This document shows, in pieces, positions 46,826 through 56,019 of a stretch of DNA of 64,000 bases. The notes under the pieces were generated by a model. It ran no database searches and was not told the DNA's origin. It was given only the letters and a program-made list of their open reading frames with translations. The position numbers and the translations under genes were made by a program. The DNA lies in the IMG/VR virus record IMGVR_UViG_3300037851_000542, positions 160,001 to 224,000 of that record; one strand, written 5' to 3'. This stretch comes from a virus. Its lineage: Duplodnaviria > Caudoviricetes. Position 1 is the stretch's first letter. Every line of letters begins with the position of its first letter.

Positions 46826-46833
46826 ATAGTACA
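46826..46833 (-). promoter_or_regulatory. Putative late promoter motif TGTACTAT
   Basis: Intergenic, 55 nt upstream of the 46771 ATG. Confidence 0.5.
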
Positions 46834-46846
46834 ACAATTGATAATT

Positions 46847-47074
46847 TTATTCCGACCTTTTGGATAACTCATAATCTATAGCTTCATTAACCTGAGATTT
46901 AAGTTCCAGTAATTGGCTACTTTCTAGAAAAGACAAGTGAAATATAGAGTTATTTATAAGTAAACTAGTACCTACCTTAATTACTTTCCCATTAATTTCC
47001 ATATAAGTTTCAGAATCCGCCCATTGAACTGCAAAATTATCTAAAACATTTGCTTTAATTATTTCTTCTGCCAT
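46847..47074 (-). CDS. Hypothetical protein
   Basis: 75-aa ORF with RBS (CAGGA). Confidence 0.55.
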   Translation of the reverse strand: MAEEIIKANVLDNFAVQWADSETYMEINGKVIKVGTSLLINNSIFHLSFLESSQLLELKSQVNEAIDYELSKRSE

Positions 47075-47087
47075 ATAATTCCTGTAA

Positions 47088-47474
47088 CTAAGAACAAAGG
47101 GTTATTTGAGATTGATGTACAAAATAAGCAATAAGTTCTTGCAGTGAGTACCTTCTAGCTTCTTCGTGTAGTATTATTTCACCATCTTGTCTTGTAACTA
47201 AAAATTCTGGATACTCAGCAGTGTCATCTACTCTTAGGTAAAAATTGAGAAGATTATTACATAAGTGAAGACCTATTGTACCATTTCCTTCTGATGTTAA
47301 ATATGGTTGATTATTTTCTGGAAAATACCCACAAATATCTCTGGCTAATTCAATATTAGAAGGTTTGATGATTTCAGCACTATAAAGGTCCCAACCTGTT
47401 TCTAAGTTACCAAGCGCAGCAAGAGCTTTTTCTACTCGCTCGTTAAGTTTGTATCTAATTTTAATCATAAACAA
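47088..47474 (-). CDS. Hypothetical protein
   Basis: 128-aa ORF; L..LETGWD.Y motif is common in small phage proteins. Confidence 0.55.
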   Translation of the reverse strand: MFMIKIRYKLNERVEKALAALGNLETGWDLYSAEIIKPSNIELARDICGYFPENNQPYLTSEGNGTIGLHLCNNLLNFYLRVDDTAEYPEFLVTRQDGEIILHEEARRYSLQELIAYFVHQSQITLCS

Positions 47475-47555
47475 ATAAATCTTAGAAGTGAAATTTGATT
47501 TCCAAATAATAGTTATGCTAAGATTGTATCAAATCTTTATATTAAAATCAATAGT

Positions 47556-49016
47556 ATGGACAAATTGCAAATAACTTTATCTAACCAGTACCCTGTTTGG
47601 TTTAATTTTATCCTTAGGGGGAAGAAACCAGCACTTCCTTGTTGTAATATAAATAACTATTTAGTAAAGATAGCATATGATTCTAAGTTCAGGGAAGAAG
47701 AAAATCTAAAAAGATTTAACGCAGGTAAAGAGCTTTATGAGTATAAGAAAGTTCAACCGGTTATAGATAGCCTTAATGAAAGAAACTTAAAGAATAAAAT
47801 AGGTGTTTTCTTCTTAGATATAGATACTTTACCTCCTACATTCCCTAATTTTAAAAATTTAAATAACTTTCTAGATCACCTACTACCAAGTGATAAGTTC
47901 ATAGTTGGTGCTAGCCCTAGTGGTAAAACTAAAATAATATTTACCTATTCAAGTAGTTATAACATAGGATCTGAGATAAGTAAGGCAGGTAATAAGGAAA
48001 TATTTAGAGATAATATTATTAATTTAATAAATACATACATTCCTGAGTATATAGCCCAATACGTAGATACTAGTGAAAGCGGATTCTACAAAGGGTTTAT
48101 AACAGAAGATCTGTATAACAAACTAAAGACTAGAATACAAAAACTAACACCAGTAAATAACAACACACCACACACATCATTAATATTATCTTATGGCAAG
48201 GTTCTCGATCACACCTCGGTGTGTGTGTATCCTCTTCCAGATCCAGATACTGCTTGCCCAGATATAAGTCACTTTGTTATTCCTGAAGTCTTTGAAGATT
48301 CATTGTTAGAGAACAGCCCTTATACACTAGAAGAAATAGAGGTATTAGGTAAAAGAGTTAAACAAAGGGACTTTAGATCAGCATTATCTAAACCTAGTAG
48401 GTTCACAAACTCTAAATTTAATTATTATACAGAGGATATATTACCTTTTGATATAAAACTAAGATCTAACCAAGTACTGCACGATAAGGTACTTAGAATA
48501 TTATTATCTACTCCAAAGTTAATAGTAGGGTTTGACTTATCAAAAGAGAAGTTAGCTCAACAAGTAGAGTTAATATTTGGCATAGAAGTCACAGGAACTG
48601 AAGAATATGATCCTTATTTAGAGTGCAATAGGATTAGAAAAGATAGACCTATAAGGACAGTTATAGATTATTTTATTAAAAAAGGCTTATTGGAATGCAT
48701 AGATCACACCTACAATACCAATAAAGCTAAAACATTTAGAGCTTCTGGTAAGTTACGTGAATATTTACTTTCTAAGTTTAAGTTTAAAGTAAAAAATATA
48801 CCTTCTGAAGTCCCAAAAGGTAAGTCTTTTAGCATAAATAAGATTCTATACAGTCTATGTAAGTCTAAAAGAAATCCAGAGGCGTATAGACAAATATCGG
48901 AGCAACAGTTATTATATACAAGTAAATATGTTCCCGATCAGTATAATAATAGAAAGAAACTCTATCATAAGAGTTACAACAATTTGCTTAAACTTTGTAA
49001 CATAAGTATTCAATGA
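47556..49016 (+). CDS. AEP/VirE-N (BT4734-like) primase-polymerase domain plus C-terminal winged helix
   Basis: VFFLDID, ASPSGKTK, YVD; C-terminal VIDYFIKKGLLECIDHTY...KAKTF is wHTH-like. Confidence 0.5.
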   Translation: MDKLQITLSNQYPVWFNFILRGKKPALPCCNINNYLVKIAYDSKFREEENLKRFNAGKELYEYKKVQPVIDSLNERNLKNKIGVFFLDIDTLPPTFPNFKNLNNFLDHLLPSDKFIVGASPSGKTKIIFTYSSSYNIGSEISKAGNKEIFRDNIINLINTYIPEYIAQYVDTSESGFYKGFITEDLYNKLKTRIQKLTPVNNNTPHTSLILSYGKVLDHTSVCVYPLPDPDTACPDISHFVIPEVFEDSLLENSPYTLEEIEVLGKRVKQRDFRSALSKPSRFTNSKFNYYTEDILPFDIKLRSNQVLHDKVLRILLSTPKLIVGFDLSKEKLAQQVELIFGIEVTGTEEYDPYLECNRIRKDRPIRTVIDYFIKKGLLECIDHTYNTNKAKTFRASGKLREYLLSKFKFKVKNIPSEVPKGKSFSINKILYSLCKSKRNPEAYRQISEQQLLYTSKYVPDQYNNRKKLYHKSYNNLLKLCNISIQ

Positions 49017-49720
49017 AATCTTTTATAATTAATTTTGACCATCCCTTAGTAGTTTTTGATACAGAAACTGGTGGTTTACAGTCTTATGACCAAGTTGATT
49101 TCAATTTCTTAGGCTCTGGTCTACCTGAGTTTTACTCAGTCGGGCAAGAGCTAACTGGTAGAGTTGTTAAACCAATGACTCCTATACTAGAAATCGGCGC
49201 AATAAAATATGATCCTAAAACCTTTGAAGAAATAAGCACATTTCATAGTTACCTAGGAAAAGAAGAGCACCAGACTTTCGATGAATACTTAAACTCTTGT
49301 GACAAAAAAGCTTTAGAGATTAATAAGTTAAGTACAAAAATAGATTTATTAGCTTCTGCAAAACCCGGAAGTTTAGTTATAACAGAGTTTATAGAGTGGG
49401 CTAAAGGTAATCACGGACAATTTATACCTGCCGGTCAAAATGTAAAGTTTGATATAGATATGTTACAAGGCTGGGCTAAAAAGTTTGGTATAAGTTCTGC
49501 TTTAGATTATAGAACTATTGGATATCCTGAGGATTTAAGGTACTACAGTAGATTTTATTTTTCATTGCCCCAGACACCTACGATACCTAATTATAAACTA
49601 AGTACAATTGCATCTGCACTAGGATTAAATACTGATAATGCTCACGAAGCTTTACCAGATGTAAGAATGACAGCAGAGTGCCTAAAAATAATATATAAAA
49701 GACTAGCAGAAAAAAGTTGA
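49013..49720 (+). CDS. DEDDh 3'-5' exonuclease (DnaQ-like)
   Basis: VVFDTETGG, GQNVKFD, HEALPDV. Confidence 0.9.
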   Translation: MKSFIINFDHPLVVFDTETGGLQSYDQVDFNFLGSGLPEFYSVGQELTGRVVKPMTPILEIGAIKYDPKTFEEISTFHSYLGKEEHQTFDEYLNSCDKKALEINKLSTKIDLLASAKPGSLVITEFIEWAKGNHGQFIPAGQNVKFDIDMLQGWAKKFGISSALDYRTIGYPEDLRYYSRFYFSLPQTPTIPNYKLSTIASALGLNTDNAHEALPDVRMTAECLKIIYKRLAEKS

Positions 49721-49807
49721 AAAAAGACTAAAGTAATTTTAATGGGATTCCGATACTACCTGAGAGAGATTTTATAAACGTATTTTAATTTTTATTCAGG
49801 AAAACGT

Positions 49808-51319
49808 ATGCTAGACAATTATAATGAAAAAGCTTTTAAGTTACTTGGTCTTGGTAATTCTTTTAAATTAGCGCACTTACCTTTTATTACCAGCAATGAT
49901 GTATTTGGAGTTTTAGCTCTAGAAGGTTCATCAGGAACTGGTAAAACTACACTAGTCGGAAGATTAGGTTTAGTAAACCAAAGGGCAACAGGCGGCGCTT
50001 ATGGTATTTACTCCGCAGATAAAGTACAGTACCAAGATTTTGTTGGTATTCCAGTACCTAACATTAAAGAAGGTAAAGTAGATATTCTAGAGATGGAGAA
50101 CGCCATTGCCACTAAAGAAGTACTGCTAATTGACGAGGCGAACAGGGCAGGATATGACGCACAAGAGAAGTTCCTACAGTTATTTTCAACCAGAATGATT
50201 GACGGACACAAAACTAAGTGTAGATATATCTATATCGCTATGAACCCTGTGCTATCAGAAGACGAGAACGATAATTATGAAGGTGTACAACCTTTAGACA
50301 AGGCTTACGGTGAAAGGGTTCAGGCTATCCTAACTATGCCTAGGTTTAATGATATGTCTAAGACCCACCAGATAGAAATTATGCAAAGCTGTTTTAATCA
50401 AACATCTTGGGCACCAACTGATGAGTTAGTTGAGGCACACAAGGCGTTTATTGCGGAAGCTCGTTCGCATTATAATGATTTAAAAACCACTGCAATGGAA
50501 TCGGTCTGCGAATACTTGCACAATTTTGCAGATTTACTACATTCTGAAAGTAAGAAATCAATAAAACTTGAAGCAAGAAGAATGCAATTCCTAATAGTAA
50601 ACATATTAGGTACACACGCTTTAAATTTGGTATTAAATAATAAAGCTACTTTGGTGACTTCTGCACTAGAAGCTTTAACTATAAGCTTCCCACAGAGACT
50701 TTGGGAACAGAAGATAGAGAATACTCAAATTAGTGTTGCTCACGATCAGTCTGCCCATTTACTAAAAGCTAAAATAACGTCATCTAAGGATAAATCTCAA
50801 AGTGTTAAATCTCTTTTAAGTAGTTTAAATCAAGACATTACTGAAGGAAAATCTAACACTGAAGACAGATCTAAGAGAATTAATCAAATGATTCCTGATG
50901 TAAGTACTGATGCTTTTGACCACTACATATTTGCTTTTGCAGTAGTCAGAGGATTAGAAGCTGCTGGACCAAACGAATTCATTAAAAATAATGAGGAAGA
51001 AAGACTTACTCGAATTGTTAATGAGATAAGAGACTCTAAATCATATAAGCAGGTTAAGAAGCTATCAGAAAAAGCTGTTAAGTCTGGTAAAAAAGCTCCT
51101 TTGCCAGAATGGTTAGATTCTGATTTAAACACTGATGATGTTGAAATATATAACAACAGTTACAGTGATGAAATCTCTTGGTTTGCTAACGGTCTTATAG
51201 ATAAGTTAAAAACACTTGGTCAGTATGATGACTTAACTTTTAAGTATAGAGATGTACTTAGTGAGTTCAATAGTATTAGAAGAGCGGTTATAAATTGTAT
51301 CCAGTCGTTGAATAGTTAA
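49808..51319 (+). CDS. MoxR-type AAA+ ATPase
   Basis: GSSGTGKT, LLIDEANRA, AMNP, LDKAYGER. Confidence 0.85.
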   Translation: MLDNYNEKAFKLLGLGNSFKLAHLPFITSNDVFGVLALEGSSGTGKTTLVGRLGLVNQRATGGAYGIYSADKVQYQDFVGIPVPNIKEGKVDILEMENAIATKEVLLIDEANRAGYDAQEKFLQLFSTRMIDGHKTKCRYIYIAMNPVLSEDENDNYEGVQPLDKAYGERVQAILTMPRFNDMSKTHQIEIMQSCFNQTSWAPTDELVEAHKAFIAEARSHYNDLKTTAMESVCEYLHNFADLLHSESKKSIKLEARRMQFLIVNILGTHALNLVLNNKATLVTSALEALTISFPQRLWEQKIENTQISVAHDQSAHLLKAKITSSKDKSQSVKSLLSSLNQDITEGKSNTEDRSKRINQMIPDVSTDAFDHYIFAFAVVRGLEAAGPNEFIKNNEEERLTRIVNEIRDSKSYKQVKKLSEKAVKSGKKAPLPEWLDSDLNTDDVEIYNNSYSDEISWFANGLIDKLKTLGQYDDLTFKYRDVLSEFNSIRRAVINCIQSLNS

Positions 51320-51359
51320 TTGGGTATAAATAAAAATAACTGTTTGTAAAAAATCTCTA

Positions 51360-51389
51360 AAGTATATCGGCGTATTTGCCGATATACTT
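51360..51389. repeat. 12-bp inverted repeat between the AAA and VWA genes (terminator/attenuator-like)
   Basis: aagtatatcggc-gtattt-gccgatatactt. Confidence 0.7.
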
Positions 51390-51423
51390 CTATAGAAGAT
51401 AAGATCTAATAGGAGTTAATTTA

Positions 51424-53034
51424 ATGTCTACTTATAAACTTCCACCTCTAGCCAGCGAATACCTAAAACACCTTATTAGTAAGTCTCCGGAAGACCTACC
51501 TTCTTTAAAGAAAATTGCTGGTATAGGCAGGGTCATTTATTCTGATAAAGAAAGTATGTCAGCTGCAGTAGCCAATACTCGACCTTACTCTCTTATATTT
51601 GGTCGTAAGTTTATGGAAGATAATATGAGAGACGACTACGATGCTGTTTTTATCCTATTTCACGAGTTGACACATCTAGTATTAGACCATTTTGCACAGG
51701 ATGTTCTTGGACTTTTTGAAGAAAAGGGACTATCCGGAGATAAGTTAAAGACTATATTTGCACAACACTGTACACATATAGTAGTAGATGCGCAGGTGAA
51801 CGCTACTTGTTACCATACACTAAGGGATGAAAAATACAATAACTTTCCAATTTCCTTTTATTCTTTTGAAAAGGTCTTAGCCAGGCACGCAGAAGCCTCG
51901 GCTAAAGCAATAGCAGCAGGACAAGAACCTCCAAAAGAGCCTACTGACAATATGCCATATTGCTTCCTTCATTCCAATGGGGAGAGCGAATGTCCAGACG
52001 ATAAGCTAAAGGAAGTACATAGAAAGCTCTACTCTGTTAAAGGTATAAGTAATTCCGAATTAATTGATGCTTTACTACCTTGGTTCCAAAAGAATGAAGA
52101 GAGTGTAAAAAATGCTATTCAACACTTAATTGGAAATCATAAAGATCTTATGGATGGGGATAGGACCTCTAATCCAAACGATCTGACAAAAGAAGAAAAA
52201 GAAATCCTAGATGCGATTGCTGACGCTATTGATCAGGGGCATAAAAACTCTAAGGACAAGAGCAAGGCAAAAGAAGCGGCAGGAAATAAAGAAGATCAGA
52301 AGCTGGATAAGGATTTAGCAAGAACAAAAAAGTTAGACGGAGATAAAGAAAATAAAGAAGAACAGAACTCTAAAGACTATACCTTAAATCAAAATCCAGT
52401 TAAATTGGCAGTAGCAAGATTAAAGCAAAGCCTAAAAACAAACGATTATATTAAAAAAGTACTAGTAAAGCAGTATAAACCTTCACCCTCTAGTAAACTA
52501 GCTAGAGCTATAGAAGCTTTCTATCCTCATACTCCCAGAAGGAGTGTTGTACCCAATTTTCACGATAGAAGAACTTCTTCTCTTTATTCTTGTGATATTT
52601 TACCAGTATTTCATAATGTACCTGGAAAAGGCGTTAAGAATTCTATAGCGTGTTATATTGATGTTTCTGGTTCTCAAGAACACGTTATACCTAAAGTAGT
52701 AGCAGCAGTACTTAGGTATAAGAAGCACGTAGGTAATGAAGTGTACTGTTTTTCTAATGTAGTATTAGATACTCACGTTAAAAAACTAGCTAAAGGTGAA
52801 ATTTTCACCACTGGTGGTACTGACTTTGACCCAGTAGCTGAACATATCCTAGAGAATAAGTTTAAAAGTATTATTATCCTAACTGATGGTTGTGCCCCAT
52901 TGTCTGAAGAGAATATATCTAAGCTAAAAGCTAGAAATGTTAAAATAACAGTAGGATGGACAGAAAAAAATATAACTAGAGCACCATTAGAGGCAGTGTC
53001 TAAAGATGAGTTTTGGCTTTTTGATGATAAATAA
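51424..53034 (+). CDS. Metallopeptidase-like (HExxH) plus VWA domain protein (DUF2201-like)
   Basis: FHELTH; YIDVSGS (MIDAS), GGTDF, IILTDG. Confidence 0.85.
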   Translation: MSTYKLPPLASEYLKHLISKSPEDLPSLKKIAGIGRVIYSDKESMSAAVANTRPYSLIFGRKFMEDNMRDDYDAVFILFHELTHLVLDHFAQDVLGLFEEKGLSGDKLKTIFAQHCTHIVVDAQVNATCYHTLRDEKYNNFPISFYSFEKVLARHAEASAKAIAAGQEPPKEPTDNMPYCFLHSNGESECPDDKLKEVHRKLYSVKGISNSELIDALLPWFQKNEESVKNAIQHLIGNHKDLMDGDRTSNPNDLTKEEKEILDAIADAIDQGHKNSKDKSKAKEAAGNKEDQKLDKDLARTKKLDGDKENKEEQNSKDYTLNQNPVKLAVARLKQSLKTNDYIKKVLVKQYKPSPSSKLARAIEAFYPHTPRRSVVPNFHDRRTSSLYSCDILPVFHNVPGKGVKNSIACYIDVSGSQEHVIPKVVAAVLRYKKHVGNEVYCFSNVVLDTHVKKLAKGEIFTTGGTDFDPVAEHILENKFKSIIILTDGCAPLSEENISKLKARNVKITVGWTEKNITRAPLEAVSKDEFWLFDDK

Positions 53035-53039
53035 GGTAT

Positions 53040-53402
53040 ATGGAAAAGTTACTTGAAACCATTTGTTTTAAGTCCATTTTGATGTTCTTAATGGTATGTC
53101 AATTACTGGATGGACTTTTAACTTTCGGCGGGTTAACCTTACTTAATCATAGACTAGACTTTGAAGGTAATATTTTAGTAAGATGTGTACTTAAATATTG
53201 CGGAGTAATAGAGGGATTAATATTAGTTAAAGCTATAGGTATATTAATTATTTATTTAGTAATACTAAATTTAGATTTAATAATTACCTCCATACCAAAA
53301 GCCAGATTCAACTTATTTAAAATATTATCTCTAATAATTTTGAGTATATATGTCCTTTATGCTATTATACCTTGGTTGCTGCTATTAACATTTGATTGGT
53401 GA
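53040..53402 (+). CDS. DUF5658-like membrane protein
   Basis: LLDGLLT.GGL...EGN.LV followed by TM segments. Confidence 0.55.
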   Translation: MEKLLETICFKSILMFLMVCQLLDGLLTFGGLTLLNHRLDFEGNILVRCVLKYCGVIEGLILVKAIGILIIYLVILNLDLIITSIPKARFNLFKILSLIILSIYVLYAIIPWLLLLTFDW

Positions 53403-53405
53403 TGT

Positions 53406-54206
53406 ATGTTAAAATATAATGTAGAAGATGATTACCTAGACCTTGTTGGACACGTAATTAATTCTGGAGAAGACAGAGCTGATCGTACTGGCACAGGAAC
53501 CAAAAGTATATTTGGTATGCATCTAAGACATAATATGAGAGAAGGTTTTCCACTACTCACTACTAAATATGTGTGGTTCAAAGGAGTAGTCTCTGAGTTG
53601 CTATGGTTTCTATCAGGATCTACAAATGTTCAAGACCTACATAAGGATAACAATCATATCTGGGACGAATGGGCAGATAAAGACGGCAACCTAGGCTTAA
53701 TCTATGGGCATCAGTGGCGCAATCTAAAAGTGGACCAGATACAAGCAACCATTGATGAGATAAAAATAAATCCCACATCAAGAAGATTAATAGTATCATC
53801 TTGGAATGTAGAGCAACTAGACCAGATGGCTCTCTATCCGTGCCATATTATGTTTCAGGTGTACATTAGAGAGTCTAAGTATCTAGATTTACAATTGTAT
53901 CAAAGATCTGCGGATTTAATGTTGGGGGTTCCATTTAATATTGCTTCCTATAGTTTGTTAATGATGATTTTGGCGCAAGTAACAGGTTATGAAGCCGGAG
54001 AGTTTATATACACTTTAGGGGATGTACACGTTTATAATAATCACATAGACCAAGCAAGGGTGCAATTAGCAAGAGATATTAAGGATGCCTTTCCTACAGT
54101 AGAAATTTTAAACCCCACAAAAGATATAAATAGTTTTAAATTAGAGGATTTTAAGTTGTGTAATTATACACATCAAGGTAAAATTGAGTTTCCAGTAGCT
54201 GTATAA
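53406..54206 (+). CDS. thyA: Thymidylate synthase
   Basis: DRTGTGT, FPLLTTK, SRRLIVSSWN, PCH, YQRSAD..LGVPFNIASY (dUMP-specifying Asn retained). Confidence 0.98.
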   Translation: MLKYNVEDDYLDLVGHVINSGEDRADRTGTGTKSIFGMHLRHNMREGFPLLTTKYVWFKGVVSELLWFLSGSTNVQDLHKDNNHIWDEWADKDGNLGLIYGHQWRNLKVDQIQATIDEIKINPTSRRLIVSSWNVEQLDQMALYPCHIMFQVYIRESKYLDLQLYQRSADLMLGVPFNIASYSLLMMILAQVTGYEAGEFIYTLGDVHVYNNHIDQARVQLARDIKDAFPTVEILNPTKDINSFKLEDFKLCNYTHQGKIEFPVAV

Positions 54207-54226
54207 TCTCTTTAGGTGCAAGATAA

Positions 54227-54932
54227 GTGTTTAATAAAATAAAAGATATATACGAAGATATTACATATAAACTAGATGACTTATATTATAAGTTAGCAAA
54301 TAAATATGTGATGAAATATAACAAACTACACATCCAAAGTTTACAGGATGACACCTATTATGATGATGATTCTATTTTACTGCACGCTAATTTTCAAGTA
54401 TTAGTTAATTTTGTAGAAAGTAATTATTACAGAGACTGGGAAAGAAAACAAAATTGGTTTGAAAGAAACATACCCTTCCCATTTAATCATTTTTTTGAAA
54501 ATAAGAGTAAAAAAATTGAGTATGGGATAAAAATGGTCGGCATCCTTACCTTTAGAGGATATTTTAGACGCTGATGGTAATACTTTAGAGTGGGGAAATA
54601 AATCACAAGCTCTATCAGCAAAGGAAGCGCTGGAATTATATGACTGGTGGGTGAATATAAGACCGAACAGGCAAGAGCCCGAAGAGTTATCTGGATGGAA
54701 TGCTTGGTGTGATTATGAAAAAGAAACTTATGGTCATCCTTGGAATAGGCATACAAAATTAGAATCGGGGGCTATAAGACTGACCAATAAAGAAGAATAT
54801 ATGTCAGAAGAGGATGTAAAAAAACACAAGCAGGTATTAAAATTAACTTGTGAAATAGAAGAAGCTCAGAACCAAGAAGATGAAGATATGTTAATAAGAT
54901 TAATTAAAATTAGAAGAACTCTTTGGACCTAA
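54227..54932 (+). pseudogene. Conserved phage hypothetical gene split by a +1 frameshift
   Basis: ORF 54227..54574 continues in the next frame from ATAAAAATGG (A5 at 54529-54533) into ELYDWW..IRP.R...EDEDMLIRLIKIRRTLWT. Confidence 0.7.
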
Positions 54933-55044
54933 CATACTATTGATTATCTTATAGCAATAGTTCTTAAAGCCTATTTAAATAAATAGGCAAGCTCTTACGC
55001 ATTTAATAAACTAGCAATTTGAAATAAATATCATTGGAGCCTTA

Positions 55045-56019
55045 ATGAACCTTACTAAAAAAAGAGTAGCATTTAAACCTTTCGAGTATCCTGAAGTTAC
55101 AAAATACAAAGATGCAATAAATCACAGTTATTGGTTAGTTAGCGAGTGGAATTTTATTAGTGATATTCAAGACTTTAATGTAAAATTAAATAATCAAGAG
55201 CGTAATGCAGTTAAAAATACTTTACTTGCTATATCCCAGATAGAAGTATCAGTTAAAAGATTCTGGACTAATTTAGGTAAATGGTTTCCTAAACCAGAAA
55301 TAGAGCAAGTCGGAGTTACTTTTGGTGAATCTGAAGTAAGACACGCAGATGCCTACTCACATTTGTTAGAAGTGCTGGGATTAAACGAAGACTTTGACCT
55401 GTTGTTGCAAAATCCTGTTATTCAAGGCAGAGTTCAATACTTAACTAAGTACCTTAAACAAGCAGCAGATACTGATACAGAAGAGTATACTTTAACATTA
55501 GCTTTATTTTCTATTTTTATTGAAAACGTAAGTTTATTTTCGCAATTTGCAATTATTAAATCATTTAGTAAACATAAAAATCTGCTAAAGGATATTGATA
55601 ATGTTGTGCAAGCCACACAACAAGAGGAATTAATCCACGCCCAGTTTGGAGTCTACTTACTAAAACAAATTAAAAAAGAATTTCCCAAATGGTTTGACGA
55701 AGATTTTTATAAGAAAATATATAGAGCAGCTAAAAAAGCTTACCTAGCCGAAGAAAAAATATTAGACTGGATATTTGAAGAAGGAGAACTCAGTTTTCTT
55801 TCTAAAGATGTCTTAAAAGAGTTTATTAAAGACAGAATCAATAAAAGTATAGTAGAATTAGAGGGCGAGCCTGTATTTGAAATTAATCAAGATTTGCTAA
55901 AACAATTAGAATGGTTTAATGAAGAGATTTATTCCCAAGTTAATAGCGACTTCTTCTATAAAAAACCTGTCACCTACAGTAAGAAAGTTCAATCAATTAA
56001 AGAAGAGGATTTATTTTAA
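55045..56019 (+). CDS. nrdB: Class I ribonucleotide reductase beta subunit (class Id-like)
   Basis: Ligands E67, E97/H100, FIE, EELIH; Y104; K71; C-terminal ...DFF...Y...DLF. Confidence 0.95.
   Translation: MNLTKKRVAFKPFEYPEVTKYKDAINHSYWLVSEWNFISDIQDFNVKLNNQERNAVKNTLLAISQIEVSVKRFWTNLGKWFPKPEIEQVGVTFGESEVRHADAYSHLLEVLGLNEDFDLLLQNPVIQGRVQYLTKYLKQAADTDTEEYTLTLALFSIFIENVSLFSQFAIIKSFSKHKNLLKDIDNVVQATQQEELIHAQFGVYLLKQIKKEFPKWFDEDFYKKIYRAAKKAYLAEEKILDWIFEEGELSFLSKDVLKEFIKDRINKSIVELEGEPVFEINQDLLKQLEWFNEEIYSQVNSDFFYKKPVTYSKKVQSIKEEDLF

Noticed and set aside
48160-48230. CA/GT dinucleotide runs and a cacacc-tc-ggtgtg hairpin inside the AEP-like gene
   Set aside because: The stem is only 6 bp and the runs pair imperfectly; compatible with chance in a linker region.
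53406-54206. ThyA homologue as a dCMP/dUMP hydroxymethylase
   Set aside because: It retains the canonical PFNIASY Asn and full ThyA motifs.
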